The notes: a model not told the origin generated them from the sequence alone. A stretch of 64,000 bases of DNA from an uncultured cyanobacterium (GCA_963766075.1 CAVYAN010000079.1:1-64000), one strand, 5' to 3'; numbered from the stretch's first letter, positions 31,239-43,071 are shown. Made by a program: numbers and translations.

Positions 31239-32507
31239 TTAATTTTGCGCCGTTCGGGTGGGGAAGGCTTCCGGACGCACTGACAGACTTACGGTTTGAT
31301 TTTGCCGCTGGACGTCAACCTGAAGACTGCCCCCCACAGTGCTTTTTTCCACGGCCTGCTGCACATCATCGGGGGTCGAGACGACCTGCCCGTTGATCTT
31401 TTGGATCACGTCACCGGGTTGCATGCCAGCCTTGGCGGCGGGAGAATTTGGCATCACCCGAAACACCAGGACGCCTTTATCCGCTTGTAGCGTGAAGTTA
31501 GCGCGGCGATCGCTGTTCACCTGCTGCTTCAGTTCGGGCGTGATGGCGGTCATGCGAATCCCCAGGTAAGGGTGGTCCACCCGACCCTTGGCGATTAATT
31601 GCTCAGCAATTTTCTGCGCCGTATTAATCGGAATGGCAAAGCCCAGTCCTTGGGCACCACTCAAAATTGCCGTATTCATGCCAATCACTTCGCCCCGTTG
31701 GTTTAGCAGCGGACCGCCGGAGTTGCCGGGATTAATCGCCGCATCGGTTTGAATGAAGCCCACCCGCTTGTCGGAGACGCCAACCTCAGAACTGCGGCGA
31801 CCGGTGGCGCTAATAATGCCAACGGTCACCGTATTGTCTAGCCCCAGGGGATTGCCGATGGCGATCGCCCATTCACCAGGGCGCAGGGTTTCGGAATTCC
31901 CCATGGCCACAGCCGGTAAATTATTGGCTTCGACCTTGACCACCGCAACATCCGTGAGGGAATCGGCCCCCATCACCCGCCCGCGCAGTTCCCGGCCATC
32001 TTTTAGCAAAACTGTCACGGTATCCGCGCCTTCGACCACATGGGCATTGGTGAGGATCAAGCCATCGGATTTAATAATAAATCCTGAGCCAGTACCCCGT
32101 TCTACACGCTCGCCCGACTGCTGGGGCAACTCGTCGCCAAAGAACTGTCGGAAAACCGGATCGTTAAAGACAGCAGGTACCCGGTTGCGGACTGTGCGGG
32201 AAGCATTAATCCGAACCACCGCAGGGCCAGTGCGATCAACGGCATTGACCACGAAGTTCGTATCGTTGCCCGCGAGAATACCACCGCTGCGGCTGGCCTG
32301 GGCAATTTCTGTGGGGGCTGCGGTTTGGGCGATCGCGGTGGGTTCTCCCGTTAGGACTCGTCCGCCCACGATGGTGGCTCCAGCGCCCAGCAAGGGCAGC
32401 AACAACAGAATTGCGGGCTGCTTCCAGCGCCCGAAGCGGTGGTGCTGAGAGCCAAGTTCTACCGTGCCGGAGGGTGCATGGTTGGGTTTTTTATCAAAAA
32501 TAGTCAT
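31239..32507 (-). CDS. HtrA/HhoA/HhoB serine protease with a PDZ domain
   Basis: [30 protein letters not shown] domain. Confidence 0.96.
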   Translation of the reverse strand: MTIFDKKPNHAPSGTVELGSQHHRFGRWKQPAILLLLPLLGAGATIVGGRVLTGEPTAIAQTAAPTEIAQASRSGGILAGNDTNFVVNAVDRTGPAVVRINASRTVRNRVPAVFNDPVFRQFFGDELPQQSGERVERGTGSGFIIKSDGLILTNAHVVEGADTVTVLLKDGRELRGRVMGADSLTDVAVVKVEANNLPAVAMGNSETLRPGEWAIAIGNPLGLDNTVTVGIISATGRRSSEVGVSDKRVGFIQTDAAINPGNSGGPLLNQRGEVIGMNTAILSGAQGLGFAIPINTAQKIAEQLIAKGRVDHPYLGIRMTAITPELKQQVNSDRRANFTLQADKGVLVFRVMPNSPAAKAGMQPGDVIQKINGQVVSTPDDVQQAVEKSTVGGSLQVDVQRQNQTVSLSVRPEAFPTRTAQN

Positions 32508-32820
32508 AGGAGTCTGCCAAGGTGCTTGTGAGTGCAGGGAGTTGTGGGTTTAACGTGAGCTTAACGTTCACTCTATCCAATCTAGAAACGGCGTATGACT
32601 TTGGGGTAACAGGTCCATCACAGCGGCATGAAGTTCCATGGATTTGGCATACATTTGGGATACTAATAAGGGGATAGACGGTGAGATCGCCTCTTTTGTT
32701 GCGTTTAAACCGCGATTGCTCTGAAGCTACCCGCTATGAATTTTACTGGGTTCGCTGCCCCTAGCCAACCCTGCGACCGACTCCCACTCCCCACAATAAA
32801 ATTCGGAATAAACCTGCTGC

Positions 32821-33504
32821 ATGTTTGTGCTCACCAATGATGATGGTATCGACGCCCCCGGCATTCAAGCGCTGTCTTTGGCCCTCCAATCCCTGAATCA
32901 TCCCAGCCTAACAGTCGCCCCCCGCGATCACCAGTCGGGCTGTGGACATCAAGTCACAACGCACGCCCCCATTCAGGTCAGTCAGCGATCGCCATTTGTT
33001 TTTGCTGTTGCGGGTACCCCAGCGGACTGCACCCGCATTGCCCTCACGCACCTTTGCCCCGATGCCCAATGGGTGCTATCGGGAATTAATGCGGGCGGTA
33101 ATTTAGGCGCGGATGTGTACATTTCCGGCACAGTCGCCGCCGTGCGGGAAGCGGCGTTGCATCGTGTGCGTGGAGTTGCCATTTCCCACTTTATCCAGCG
33201 GGGGCGAGCCATTGACTGGTCTGTGGCCACCGCTTTGGCAACCCACGCCCTAGCCGATTTGCTGCAACGCCCCTTGTCTCCAGGCTGTTTCTGGAATGTG
33301 AATCTGCCGCATTTAACAGTTGACGATCCTCTACCCGAAATGGTTTTTTGTCCCCCCTGTACCCAGCCACTGCCCGCTGCCTATCGCGTTGAGGGAGATC
33401 TCTTCCATTACGCGGGCAAGTACGGGGAACGCCAGCGCGATCGCGGAGCCGATGTCGAAGTTTGTTTTTCTGGGAAAATTGCCGTCACTCAAATCTCGAT
33501 CTGA
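32821..33504 (+). CDS. surE: 5'/3'-nucleotidase SurE
   Basis: LTNDDG, GTPADC, SGINAGGNLG..SGTVAA. Confidence 0.95.
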   Translation: MFVLTNDDGIDAPGIQALSLALQSLNHPSLTVAPRDHQSGCGHQVTTHAPIQVSQRSPFVFAVAGTPADCTRIALTHLCPDAQWVLSGINAGGNLGADVYISGTVAAVREAALHRVRGVAISHFIQRGRAIDWSVATALATHALADLLQRPLSPGCFWNVNLPHLTVDDPLPEMVFCPPCTQPLPAAYRVEGDLFHYAGKYGERQRDRGADVEVCFSGKIAVTQISI

Positions 33505-33540
33505 GGTGTAGCACCCCGCGCCACCACCACTTATTACCAC

Positions 33541-34002
33541 TTACAGAATGTCCGCAGGCAAGGCTTTCTGCTTGGCTTTGCGTTTATTGCGATGGCGTAC
33601 CCGAATAGCTTGATCCAACGGCACGCCCGCCATAGGAATTTCTTGATAGCGGCGATCGTCTTCTAATCGACGCAGTTCCGTATAGTCCACCCAGTGGATG
33701 CAGTCTACAGGACAGGTATCAATCGCTTCTTGGATCAGCTCATCGCTATCGCCGTCTTGGCGGACTACCCGCGATCGCCCATAGTCCGGCTCGATGTAAA
33801 ACGTATTGCGGGCCACATGGGCACAGTGTTTGCAGCCAATACAAACCAACTCGTCCACATAGACCCCGCGCTGTCGATTCAGCCCCCCCAATTCCGGCTC
33901 GAACCCGGTGCGCTCTGCCGAGCCCCGTAAAAAGCCACCTAACTCAGGCTCAAGTCCTAGGGGTTGTGTATTGTCATGTGGCTCAAGACTCATAGGAATC
34001 AT
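33541..34002 (-). CDS. Bacterial-type ferredoxin
   Basis: CIGCKHC ... TCPVDCIHW. Confidence 0.9.
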   Translation of the reverse strand: MIPMSLEPHDNTQPLGLEPELGGFLRGSAERTGFEPELGGLNRQRGVYVDELVCIGCKHCAHVARNTFYIEPDYGRSRVVRQDGDSDELIQEAIDTCPVDCIHWVDYTELRRLEDDRRYQEIPMAGVPLDQAIRVRHRNKRKAKQKALPADIL

Positions 34003-34126
34003 TTCTCCTAGAATTTGCCTATCAAGGGGCAGAGGAGTTTCATGTTAGCCAGAAAAAATCTAGTAGCGTTGGGCCTTCTAGCGATCTTCCCAAACCCCTC
34101 TGCACGACTAGGGACTTTAGGCGCGA

Positions 34127-34513
34127 CTACGCGCTCCAGCGCTGAAGCACTACGCGAATGGAACCATCTGAGTTTTGTTGCTGTTCTGCTACCTGAAATC
34201 CCTTCTGGGTGGATTCAGTAACCACAGTATGGTAAGCGTAGCGCTGGGTCACTCGACCCAGAAACCGATCTACAGTCGATTCCTGCTTCCAATATTGCAG
34301 ATCCGCCACGAGTTCGTACTCTGTCCCATTCCAACGAAACCCAATGTCATAGCCATTGTCCTGCTCGATGGCAACTTCTGCGGTTTCGGTTAGCCCTCGG
34401 TATCCCCGCACCGGACAAGGCCCCTGCTTCCAGTCCACTCCCAAATCTGTGAGGGCAGCTTGCAATGAGGAAAGATTGCGAATTTGGGTTTTGATTTGGC
34501 TAAAGTGTGACAT
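34127..34513 (-). CDS. ycf35: Ycf35/DUF1257 protein
   Basis: MSHFSQIKT, DIGFRWNG..YELVADL, QRYAY, DGSIRVVLQRW. Confidence 0.9.
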   Translation of the reverse strand: MSHFSQIKTQIRNLSSLQAALTDLGVDWKQGPCPVRGYRGLTETAEVAIEQDNGYDIGFRWNGTEYELVADLQYWKQESTVDRFLGRVTQRYAYHTVVTESTQKGFQVAEQQQNSDGSIRVVLQRWSA

Positions 34514-34670
34514 GGCAGTTTATTAGGGAGTTAAAGGTTGGATAAAAACAATCCCCGCATAGGGAGGCGTTCGCACAAAGCAGACATTGAAAACGGCACG
34601 CATTGAAAACGTCAGCAAAGCGTAAGCATCGAGCACTATCAAACCAATCGGGCCATAGCCCCGGGGCCAA

Positions 34671-34880
34671 TTACCAGGACGTAAACGTAGCCTGGGTGGT
34701 GGCAGTAGCCGCATTCTGAACAGTGGCGGCAAAGTATTCAGCGGTGGATTCTTGATGCAGAACCCGCCCGAGCTGAGCTTCAATGGCTTCTGTGACTTCG
34801 GCGCAGGAAGAGCCTATGATACCCGTAACTTTTTCCTGAACTCGGCCATCGGGATAGATGATGAACTCTAATGTCTCCAT
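34671..34880 (-). CDS. DUF2997 protein
   Basis: LEFIIYPDGRVQEKVTGIIGSSC; typical partner upstream of ycf35. Confidence 0.88.
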   Translation of the reverse strand: METLEFIIYPDGRVQEKVTGIIGSSCAEVTEAIEAQLGRVLHQESTAEYFAATVQNAATATTQATFTSW

Positions 34881-35235
34881 GCTTTTTCTATGATGCTTCC
34901 TAATTATTTTGGGGAATCTCGGGAATCTATTTTGGAGAATTTTGGGGGAATAAAGCTGAGCCTTGTGAACAGAGTCCAGTAACCGAAACGCTATCGTGGG
35001 ATAGTCGGAGAGATGTGGCTACATGCAGTTATATTTAGTCGCGAAATTCCACATTTCTTGCAACCTGTTTTAACAAAAGTTATGAATCATAGGGCTTTTG
35101 GCTCACGTATTTGTTAGTTTCGCTTAACTTCGCAGCCCAGTCAAGCGCTCGTTTCTCAATGGGTCGCCTTGCTTAGGGTCGCCTTGCCGATCGAGGCCCC
35201 ATCACAATAGCCCCGTCACAATAGCAATACGGGGA

Positions 35236-35781
35236 TTATTTGCCGTATCGCATTTGTGTCAGGCGTTGTTTTGCCTCTGGGTCCAGACTATGGCCCAGGG
35301 TACGTCCGATATGCCGCCGGGATTGGGTTTGTTTTCGCAACACCCGTTGGGCAATCATTTCAACATCCGCCGCCAAGCGATCGGCGGACATTAATTCTGC
35401 TCCGTAGCCTTGAACAGTTAACTGTTGGGCGCGATCGGACGTGGCTACGATCAAGCGCTGGTTAAACTTGCGTAAATCGTGGCGAAAGTCGGCGCAGGCT
35501 TTTTCGATGTAGGTATCTGCCGTTTGGCCAAAGTCGGTGTAGTGGACGGAAAGGTTAGCTGTGATGATTTCGGGGACCCCGGCAGATTCCCGATACTGGG
35601 CGTCGAAGATGACACGGGTATCAAATCCTTGGTAGGCACTGTAGCCAGTTAATTGCTCGACCAGGCAGCGCCGGGATGCCTCTAGGCCATCGCGATCGCG
35701 CACAGCTTTTAGTCCTGTCCAAGCGCCCAGGATGTTGTAGCCATCAACTAACAGAATTGCCTGCGGAGTCAGACGCGGCAT
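35236..35781 (-). CDS. NYN domain (YacP/Rae1-like) protein
   Basis: LLVDGYNI, FDA, QTADTYIE, VATSD. Confidence 0.9.
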   Translation of the reverse strand: MPRLTPQAILLVDGYNILGAWTGLKAVRDRDGLEASRRCLVEQLTGYSAYQGFDTRVIFDAQYRESAGVPEIITANLSVHYTDFGQTADTYIEKACADFRHDLRKFNQRLIVATSDRAQQLTVQGYGAELMSADRLAADVEMIAQRVLRKQTQSRRHIGRTLGHSLDPEAKQRLTQMRYGK

Positions 35782-35895
35782 AAGCAAGAACTACTGCATG
35801 GGTACTAGATTATTCAACCCGGATTAGCTCAATAATCACATACTGCGTTGAGTTCTGTGAAGCCTGCTGCTCTGTAAAGATTAGACGATGGCGTC

Positions 35896-36579
35896 CTAGG
35901 TCGGTAAAGTCATGAGCCGTTGCTTAAGCCGCTGGGGGGCACCTTGATCGGTCACCTTGCCATTTTCTAGCAGAAATGCGCCGTCGGAGTAGTCCAATTC
36001 TTCGAGGCGATGGGTCACCCATAGAGCGGTCAATCCTCGGCTTTTGACAAGGTGCTGCACTTGGGCCACGAGTTCCAACTGGCTGTCGGGGTCGAGCAGG
36101 GCGGTGGGTTCGTCAAGCAAGAGGACAGGACAATGGCGGGCGATCGCGCCAGCGATCGCCACTCGCTGCTTTTGGCCGCCACTGAGGGCGTAAATCGGCC
36201 GCCGCATTAGATGGAGCAAACTAACGGCATCCAGGGCCTCCTCAACCCGCTGGCGAATCTGCAGGGGTGTCAGTTGTTCAGCGACTAATCCAAAAGCGAC
36301 ATCAGCCCCAACCGTTGGCATCACCAGTTGATGATCGGGGTTTTGGAAAACGAAGCCCAAGGGCGAGGGCACTTGAATCTCTCCCGACTGGGGCTTGAGC
36401 AAGCCTGCTAGTAATTTGAACAACGTAGATTTGCCGCTGCCATTGGTACCCAGGAGCATCCAAAACTCTCCCGGCGGGACTTCCAGGCTACACTCATTCA
36501 AAACCTGGCCCGCTTTCTGCCAGTTAAAGCACAAATTGCGTACATGGATTGCGCCACTGGGAGCTACGGGGGAGTTCAT
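35896..36579 (-). CDS. ECF-type ABC transporter ATPase (CbiO-like)
   Basis: GTNGSGKST, FQNPDHQ, LSGGQKQR, LLDEPT. Confidence 0.92.
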   Translation of the reverse strand: MNSPVAPSGAIHVRNLCFNWQKAGQVLNECSLEVPPGEFWMLLGTNGSGKSTLFKLLAGLLKPQSGEIQVPSPLGFVFQNPDHQLVMPTVGADVAFGLVAEQLTPLQIRQRVEEALDAVSLLHLMRRPIYALSGGQKQRVAIAGAIARHCPVLLLDEPTALLDPDSQLELVAQVQHLVKSRGLTALWVTHRLEELDYSDGAFLLENGKVTDQGAPQRLKQRLMTLPT

Positions 36580-36839
36580 TCGGCTAGGGCAAAGAAACCG
36601 GGAGAGTTGGATTTTCCAGAGGAGGATTTTTCGGAAACTTGGACGGCGGAAATCTCACTGCTGAGAATGGCAATTCGCTTGCCTTCCTGTTTCTCGCAGG
36701 TCAGTTCCAAAATTTTGGGGGTGCCGCTGGTAATGGCTTCCAGAATTTGCTGATAGAGTGCATCTGCCCCTTCCTTTTCTTTGCGCTGCACTGAAAAGGG
36801 CATGGGGGTGTACTTCAAAATTAATTCGATGGTGAACAT
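36576..36839 (-). CDS. Conserved cyanobacterial small protein (UPF0367-like)
   Basis: MFTIELILKYTP.P.SVQRK..LELTCEK..PGF. Confidence 0.75.
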   Translation of the reverse strand: MFTIELILKYTPMPFSVQRKEKEGADALYQQILEAITSGTPKILELTCEKQEGKRIAILSSEISAVQVSEKSSSGKSNSPGFFALAE

Positions 36840-36896
36840 GGAGGGATTATGTCTCGCGAAACCAGGACTATGGTAACGCAAAACGCAAAACTCCCC

Positions 36897-37658
36897 CTAA
36901 AACATCCATTCCAGGACAAGACTGACCCGGCTGTCTTTGCGCTGGGGGGCGTTTTGGGCTTGGATATCGGTGGCGATGCGCAGTTGGGACGTGAGAGCAT
37001 AGCCAAGAGAGAGCGTCGTCAGTCCAACTTCCTGCGGAGTGCCGGGGGAAACCCAAGTTTGACTGAAAGAGAGATCGGCGGCACCGGTACGCGATGGCAC
37101 GGCGAGGAGCTTTAGGCCAACCGTCAGCCCCTCAGTCGTGTGGCGGGCGGTTTCTACGTGCTGAAAGCCCAGAATGGGAGCAATGTTCAGGGGTTTGCCC
37201 AAGGGCCGCAGATAGTAATGGAGTTCGGTACTCCAGGTCGTGGAGGGGGACGATACTCCCCGCTTGGGATCCTGTTCGCGCCCTGCCCATTGATATTCTG
37301 CATTGAGGGTCAGTCCTGTTCGCCCTAGGAAGACATCGCGCAGGCCCAGGGTCAGGCCACTGGCATGATTGGCGGCAGGGTATTGAGAATAGCCCAGACG
37401 CAGTCGGGTGCGGAAGCTGGGATCATTCTGCATATCGTCAAGGACATTGGGTACGGTTTTGAGCCAGCGTTGGAGAACGGGACTGGATTGGATCAGGGCG
37501 GGATCGAGATCGAGGGGGCGATCGCCGATTTCAGCAGAAGCGGGCAGTGCTGGACTGATACTAGGAGCGGGTGCGGCCTGGGTGGCTGAAGGCTGGCAGA
37601 CCAGATAAAGCCAGACCAGGCAGGCACTGGGGCCTAGACTGCAGGCGAAATGGCGCAT
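36897..37658 (-). CDS. Conserved hypothetical exported protein, beta-rich
   Basis: Signal-like N-terminus, SPVLQRWL..P, DPSFRTRLRLGY, terminal LEWMF. Confidence 0.75.
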   Translation of the reverse strand: MRHFACSLGPSACLVWLYLVCQPSATQAAPAPSISPALPASAEIGDRPLDLDPALIQSSPVLQRWLKTVPNVLDDMQNDPSFRTRLRLGYSQYPAANHASGLTLGLRDVFLGRTGLTLNAEYQWAGREQDPKRGVSSPSTTWSTELHYYLRPLGKPLNIAPILGFQHVETARHTTEGLTVGLKLLAVPSRTGAADLSFSQTWVSPGTPQEVGLTTLSLGYALTSQLRIATDIQAQNAPQRKDSRVSLVLEWMF

Positions 37659-37807
37659 TAATTAAATTTTGGATTTTGGATTTTGGACTTAATTTCGGAG
37701 AGTGCCGCCCTATACTGAATAGTCTGGAAGTGCTAATCGCCTGGAAGCGCTAAGCGGGAGCGCTGTACAGAATAGCTGTAACAAAATACAAGTACTGGAC
37801 TAAGTAT

Positions 37808-38401
37808 ATGGGAAGTGAAGTCAGGTCTGTGGTGGGGCGCGGTATTCCGTTGACGGGCAATGATGTGGATACGGACCGGATTATTCCGGCGCGGTTTTTG
37901 CGTTCGGTAACGTTTGATGGCCTGGGAGCGCAGGTGTTTGCGGACGATCGCAGCCAAATGAACGGTCAGCATCCGTTTGACCTCCCCCAGTACCAGGGCG
38001 CGACGGTGCTGGTCGTGAATGATAATTTTGGCTGTGGCTCGAGTCGGGAGCATGCGCCCCAGGCCATTGCGAAATGGGGCATTCGGGCAATTGTCGGGGA
38101 AAGCTTTGCGGAGATTTTCTTTGGGAACTGTGTGGCCATGGGCATTCCCTGCGTGATCGCGGATGCAGCGACGGTGCAGACGGTGCAGTCCCAACTGATG
38201 GCGAATCCCCATGTAGAAATGGCGGTCGATCTGGAGGCAATGCAGGTCCGATGCGGGGATTTTAGCGGTGCGATCGCCTTGTCAGAAGGGCCACGCCAAA
38301 TGATGATAGCCGGGACTTGGGATGCCTGTGGCCAACTGGTAGCCCAGGCGGAGCAGGTGCGGGCCACGGCGGCGAAATTGCCCTATATGGCTTGGGCGTG
38401 A
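37808..38401 (+). CDS. leuD: 3-isopropylmalate dehydratase small subunit
   Basis: [34 protein letters not shown]. Confidence 0.97.
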   Translation: MGSEVRSVVGRGIPLTGNDVDTDRIIPARFLRSVTFDGLGAQVFADDRSQMNGQHPFDLPQYQGATVLVVNDNFGCGSSREHAPQAIAKWGIRAIVGESFAEIFFGNCVAMGIPCVIADAATVQTVQSQLMANPHVEMAVDLEAMQVRCGDFSGAIALSEGPRQMMIAGTWDACGQLVAQAEQVRATAAKLPYMAWA

Positions 38402-38440
38402 CCCCAGAGCGGCAATCGGCAACTGGCAGCAGGGCAGGTC

Positions 38441-39562
38441 TTACATCGAAATCATCTGCCGAACGCGATCAGCGGTGGCCGGGGCCAGCAGCACGCCATT
38501 GCGGTAGTGCCCAGAGGCCAGGATGATGTTGGCATATCCCGGTAGCCACTCCACAACGGGGGCAGGGCGACCCTCGGGCCGGGGGCGCAGTCCTGACCAT
38601 GTTCGCAGGATTTCGCCTTCGCCCAGGGCAGGACAAAAGGCGATCGCCTTTTGAATTACGGCTGCCAACCGTTCGGGCTGCGGTTGCTGGATCGCGATCG
38701 CGTCAGGCATCACATCTGGAAACTCTACGGTTGCCCCGACCCAATAGTCGCTATTCCCGAGGGGCACAATGTGGACATCGTCGCCCGTGATCACGGGCTG
38801 GCGTACGGAGTTCCCCAAAGAATGGGGCAACCGCAGATGAGCCGCCTGCCCTAAGACAGGTCGAATATCCACAGGCTGATTCAGGTGACTCGTCAGGGGC
38901 GTCGATCCTAAACCCGCCGCAATCACTAGCCAGTCTACGTTCAGGCTGGAGAAGGCAGTATGGACACTCCGGCAATGGTGCTTAGCCATAACTCCGCCCT
39001 CTCCAGCCTCGGCAACATCAGCAGCAACAACCGCTTGGCCAAATTGAAAGTTCACCCCATTTTGCTCAGCGGCATCCACCAAGGCAAGCGTCGTGGACAC
39101 AGGGTCAAGCTGGCGATCGCCCGGTGAATAAACGGCTCCCAGAACGCCTGCAAGGTTCAACTGCGGATACCCCAGAGCCAGAGCACTGGGATCGTACAAC
39201 TCCAGCGAATACCCCTGAGCCTCCCGCACCGCAGCCAGTGATCGCCAAGTGGCCACATCCTCCCCGACAAAGCAAATCCGCAAAATTCCTTCGCGGTTGT
39301 AAGGAATTTTGCGGCCCGTTTTTGCTTCTAATTCGGGAATCCACTGGTCATAGCGCTGAATCCCGCGCAGACGCATCTTGAGCCGATCTCCCTTCGTTTT
39401 TTGGCTGATGGCGGCCATCAATACACCCAGGGCAGCCCCAGTGGCGGCTTGGGCGGGTTGGTTTTGATCGATCACCGTGATGGCGAGCCCCAATATCTGG
39501 CTGAGTTCATAGGCGATCGCTGCACCCACAATACCGCAGCCCACCACCACCACATGCTTCAT
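38441..39562 (-). CDS. FAD-dependent oxidoreductase (DAO/glycine oxidase-like)
   Basis: GCGIVG, WSGLRPRP, GHYRNGVLLAP. Confidence 0.92.
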   Translation of the reverse strand: MKHVVVVGCGIVGAAIAYELSQILGLAITVIDQNQPAQAATGAALGVLMAAISQKTKGDRLKMRLRGIQRYDQWIPELEAKTGRKIPYNREGILRICFVGEDVATWRSLAAVREAQGYSLELYDPSALALGYPQLNLAGVLGAVYSPGDRQLDPVSTTLALVDAAEQNGVNFQFGQAVVAADVAEAGEGGVMAKHHCRSVHTAFSSLNVDWLVIAAGLGSTPLTSHLNQPVDIRPVLGQAAHLRLPHSLGNSVRQPVITGDDVHIVPLGNSDYWVGATVEFPDVMPDAIAIQQPQPERLAAVIQKAIAFCPALGEGEILRTWSGLRPRPEGRPAPVVEWLPGYANIILASGHYRNGVLLAPATADRVRQMISM

Positions 39563-39565
39563 AAC

Positions 39566-40012
39566 CTAGCCTTGGGGGAGACTTTTCACTAGGGCATCCA
39601 AGTCTCGCAGAACTTCTGCATAGTTGCGAATAGCATCTTTGTAGACTTTGGCCTGTGCCGCTTGGTCAATGCTCACCAAATTGGTCGAAATGGCCTTAGC
39701 CAGTTGGCGGACTTCTTTGCGGGCTGTTGGGAACAGGGTTTGAGCCAGATTGGACATTTTGACACGAATTTCGCCAAGGGGCCCCCGCACAAAGGTACGG
39801 ACGTTAACCCAGTCCTGGGCTTGAATCTGCTCGGCCAGTTCCGGAAGGCGATCGCGCATTACCGTCAAATCCGCCGCGTAGGCTTGAATCTGCTGAACTT
39901 GTTCTGGGCTGTAGGTCAGGGGTTTGGCAACCTTTGCAGCACTGCACCCATTGATGAATACCGATGCCACAAACGCCAGCAGGATTGCAATAACAGACTG
40001 ATATTTACGCAT
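39566..40012 (-). CDS. psbQ: Photosystem II lipoprotein CyanoQ
   Basis: Lipobox INGC, TYSPEQ, DWVNVRTFVRGPLGE. Confidence 0.92.
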   Translation of the reverse strand: MRKYQSVIAILLAFVASVFINGCSAAKVAKPLTYSPEQVQQIQAYAADLTVMRDRLPELAEQIQAQDWVNVRTFVRGPLGEIRVKMSNLAQTLFPTARKEVRQLAKAISTNLVSIDQAAQAKVYKDAIRNYAEVLRDLDALVKSLPQG

Positions 40013-40162
40013 AGTTCTCTTAACCAACTCTCTTAATCAACTCTTACTCAGCAGCGCTGCGGCTTGTATGAGCGAGCCGCACAAAGGGCTGAGCAACCAA
40101 AACTATACCAAGTTAGGACGCGCAAATTTTAGCTGAAATTTTAATTGGAATTTTAATTGGGA

Positions 40163-40681
40163 TTAACTACCCACCCGCACATCCATGATCGGTAGGTCAG
40201 TAAAGTCGTAGTTAAAGCCTTCAAGTTCAATCTTGTTACCAATCTTTACTTTGTTACCCCCCATCACCGGGCCATCTTTGGTGATTTGGGCCGTGCCCTC
40301 AATCGTGACCAAAAAGTCCTTGCTCAGATTGGCTTCAGGTCGCGGATCAGGCATGACTTTTACAGAACCATTGGGCTGAGGCACGATCGTACTGCGGGTC
40401 AACTCTTGCACAGCCTTAATCATCACATCCCCATGGGGCTGGTTGCGAATCACAATGCTGGTCTTATCGCCCGGTTTTAAGAGACTGGCCGCGCTTTGAA
40501 TACCGATGCTGCGGGCGATGACATCCACTTGCACCGATTTCATATTGGCCCCCAACTGGGCCACCCCAGAGGTACTTGGCAGCAGTACGCCAATCAGCAC
40601 CAGCAGGATAACCAGTGCCGCCCCGACATCGAGAATGCTAACTTTTCCAAACAACCGACCTTGAGAATCCACAATAGCCAT
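40163..40681 (-). CDS. DUF4330 domain protein
   Basis: MAIVDSQGRLFGKVSILD, IVIRNQP, KIGNKIELEG. Confidence 0.85.
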   Translation of the reverse strand: MAIVDSQGRLFGKVSILDVGAALVILLVLIGVLLPSTSGVAQLGANMKSVQVDVIARSIGIQSAASLLKPGDKTSIVIRNQPHGDVMIKAVQELTRSTIVPQPNGSVKVMPDPRPEANLSKDFLVTIEGTAQITKDGPVMGGNKVKIGNKIELEGFNYDFTDLPIMDVRVGS

Positions 40682-40751
40682 AGAACGACTTACCGCGTAC
40701 AACTGGCGTGAAGCATCCAAAAATGCTCCACAAAGCACCCATCAGTTTACA

Positions 40752-40803
40752 TGGATTTTGGATTTTAGATTTTGGATTTTGGAGCCAATCCAAAATCTAA
40801 AAT
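40752..40803. repeat. Heptamer (TTTTGGA / TCCAAAA) STRR-like repeat hairpin downstream of prfC
   Basis: TGGATTT-type units followed by the complementary AATCCAAAATCTAAAAT; the same heptamer occurs at ~6968-6993 and ~37666-37688. Confidence 0.75.
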
Positions 40804-40806
40804 GGC

Positions 40807-42432
40807 TCACAGGGTGGCGGGCTGCCCAGAGACGACGGGGGCGATCGCGCTGAGTTTCAAATCGGGGTGATCGGACTGCACTTGGCCCAAATTCCAATCA
40901 TTGCGGAACAGCAGCACGGGACGATTCCAGCCGTCTTTCACTACAACGGTATTGAACAGGCGACCGACTTTTTCTAGAGCCTCCCAACCGTCTTCCACCC
41001 AACGGGCCACGCTGTAGGGCAGCATTTCGAGGCCAGTCTCAACGCCATATTCGTTTTGCAGACGAAACTGAACCACCTCAAATTGCAGTTGGCCCACGGC
41101 AGCTAGGATGGGGTCACGCTTGGCCTCATCGGCGGAATACATAATTTGGACGGCACCTTCCTCCTGCAACTCTGTCACCCCTTTGCGAAACTGCTTGAAC
41201 TTGGAGGGGTTGGGATTTTTCAGATAGGCAAACAGTTCCGGAGAAAAGCAGGGAATGCCCGCATATTCCAGCTTAGAGCCAACATAGATGGTATCGCCGA
41301 TCGCAAACATGCCTGGATTATTCAAACCAATCACATCGCCGGGATAGGCTTCATCAATCACTTCGCGATCCTGGGCAAAGAGCTTCTGGGGCCGAGACAG
41401 GCGAATACTCTTGCCAGTGCGGGCATGGCTGACTAGCATGTCCTTTTCAAACTTGCCGGAACAAACGCGGACAAAGGCGATGCGATCGCGGTGCCGGGGA
41501 TCCATATTCGCTTGCAGCTTAAACACAAAGCCGGAGAATTCCGGATAGCTGGGGGCAATTTCACCCTTGGTGCTGTCATGGGGACCGGGTTTCAGCGCAT
41601 ACTCCAAAAAAGTCTGGAGAAACAGCTCGACACCAAAGTTTGTCATGGCACTACCAAAGAAAATCGGGGTCATTTTCCCTTGGTGGACCAGATCTAAATC
41701 GACATCCGGAGCCACGCCTTCCAACAGTTCCAACTCATCTTTGAACTGGTAATACAGATCTTTTTCTAGGAGTTCTTCAATCCGAGGATCACCCAATTCG
41801 AGAATGGTTTCGCGCGCTTCTTTGCGCCCGTGGACACTGCGCTCAAACAGATGAATTTGGCGGGCATGGCGATCAAAGACGCCCTTGAAGCGATCGCCCA
41901 TCCCAATCGGCCAATTCACCACATAGGTTTGCAACCCCAATTCCTTTTCAATCTCGTCCAAAAGCTCCAAGGGCTCTCGCCCCGGACGATCCAACTTATT
42001 CACAAAGGTAAAAATCGGTAGGCCCCGCAGGCGACACACCTCAAATAACTTGCGCGTCTGCGGCTCCAAGCCCTTAGCAGCGTCAATTAGCATCACCGCA
42101 TTGTCTGCGGCGGCCAACGTGCGATAGGTATCTTCACTAAAGTCTTGGTGTCCCGGCGTATCCAGCAGATTAATCTGACAATCTTGGTAGGCAAACTGCA
42201 ACACCGTCGAGGTAATCGAAATTCCCCGCTGCTTTTCCATTTCCATCCAGTCCGAGGTCGCATGGCGCTGCTCTCGGCGGGCTTTAACGGCCCCTGCCTC
42301 GTGGATTGCGCCTCCATACAGCAGCAGTTTTTCCGTCAGCGTGGTTTTACCAGCATCCGGGTGAGAGATGATGGCAAAATTACGGCGACGATCAACCGCG
42401 CGTTTCAGTTCAGCTTGAAGTTCGGTGGACAT
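40807..42432 (-). CDS. prfC: Peptide chain release factor 3
   Basis: [41 protein letters not shown]. Confidence 0.97.
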   Translation of the reverse strand: MSTELQAELKRAVDRRRNFAIISHPDAGKTTLTEKLLLYGGAIHEAGAVKARREQRHATSDWMEMEKQRGISITSTVLQFAYQDCQINLLDTPGHQDFSEDTYRTLAAADNAVMLIDAAKGLEPQTRKLFEVCRLRGLPIFTFVNKLDRPGREPLELLDEIEKELGLQTYVVNWPIGMGDRFKGVFDRHARQIHLFERSVHGRKEARETILELGDPRIEELLEKDLYYQFKDELELLEGVAPDVDLDLVHQGKMTPIFFGSAMTNFGVELFLQTFLEYALKPGPHDSTKGEIAPSYPEFSGFVFKLQANMDPRHRDRIAFVRVCSGKFEKDMLVSHARTGKSIRLSRPQKLFAQDREVIDEAYPGDVIGLNNPGMFAIGDTIYVGSKLEYAGIPCFSPELFAYLKNPNPSKFKQFRKGVTELQEEGAVQIMYSADEAKRDPILAAVGQLQFEVVQFRLQNEYGVETGLEMLPYSVARWVEDGWEALEKVGRLFNTVVVKDGWNRPVLLFRNDWNLGQVQSDHPDLKLSAIAPVVSGQPATL

Positions 42433-42657
42433 GATGGGCGTTAACGGGAGGTTAGCTATTTTAAGGATAGCGGGAATTGGAGAAGCAGGATGCGTCCATC
42501 CAGGGAAGCGGGATGGGCCCATCCACCAGAGGCGAGGAGCAGGGCATAGCCCCCCTGGCTCCATTTACCCCACTGCCCCATTAGTGAAATTCTGGGAACC
42601 TCGCTGTATAGTGGCACTGTAGGAAGAATTCTAGGTGACTTGGGGGTTGTTAATACG

Positions 42658-43071
42658 ATGCAAAGTCCTGAAACCTTTGACAGCGATCAGCGCAAGCTGC
42701 TGTCGCTGTTGTGTCATGGGTCGATTTTTATTAGCTTAGCGATCGCGCCGATTGCGGTCCCCCTAGTGTTGCTATTTATCTCTACTGATCCCGTGGTCAA
42801 AAGCAATGCCAAAGAGGCCCTTAACTTTCACCTGAATATTTGGTTTTGGGCCGTGGTACTGGGCATTATCTTTTTTATCCCAGGACTAATTGCTGGCCTG
42901 CTGTCTTTCCTCACCTTTGGGCTATCAGGAATTTTATTTGGTATTTTGTTCGCGCCTTTGGCGCTGCTGGGTGCAGCTTGGCATTGGGGATTGCCAATTT
43001 TTGGAATTCTTCACTGTCTGGCCAATTCTGATGAGCCCTATCGCTATCCGTTTATTGTGCGGGTGCTGTAG
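42658..43071 (+). CDS. DUF4870 membrane protein
   Basis: LLSLLCHGS, NAKEALNFH, YRYPF. Confidence 0.88.
   Translation: MQSPETFDSDQRKLLSLLCHGSIFISLAIAPIAVPLVLLFISTDPVVKSNAKEALNFHLNIWFWAVVLGIIFFIPGLIAGLLSFLTFGLSGILFGILFAPLALLGAAWHWGLPIFGILHCLANSDEPYRYPFIVRVL

Noticed and set aside
31753..32448. Long antisense ORFs (also 2742-3443, 24262-25059 and others)
   Set aside because: Shadows of well-supported genes on the opposite strand.
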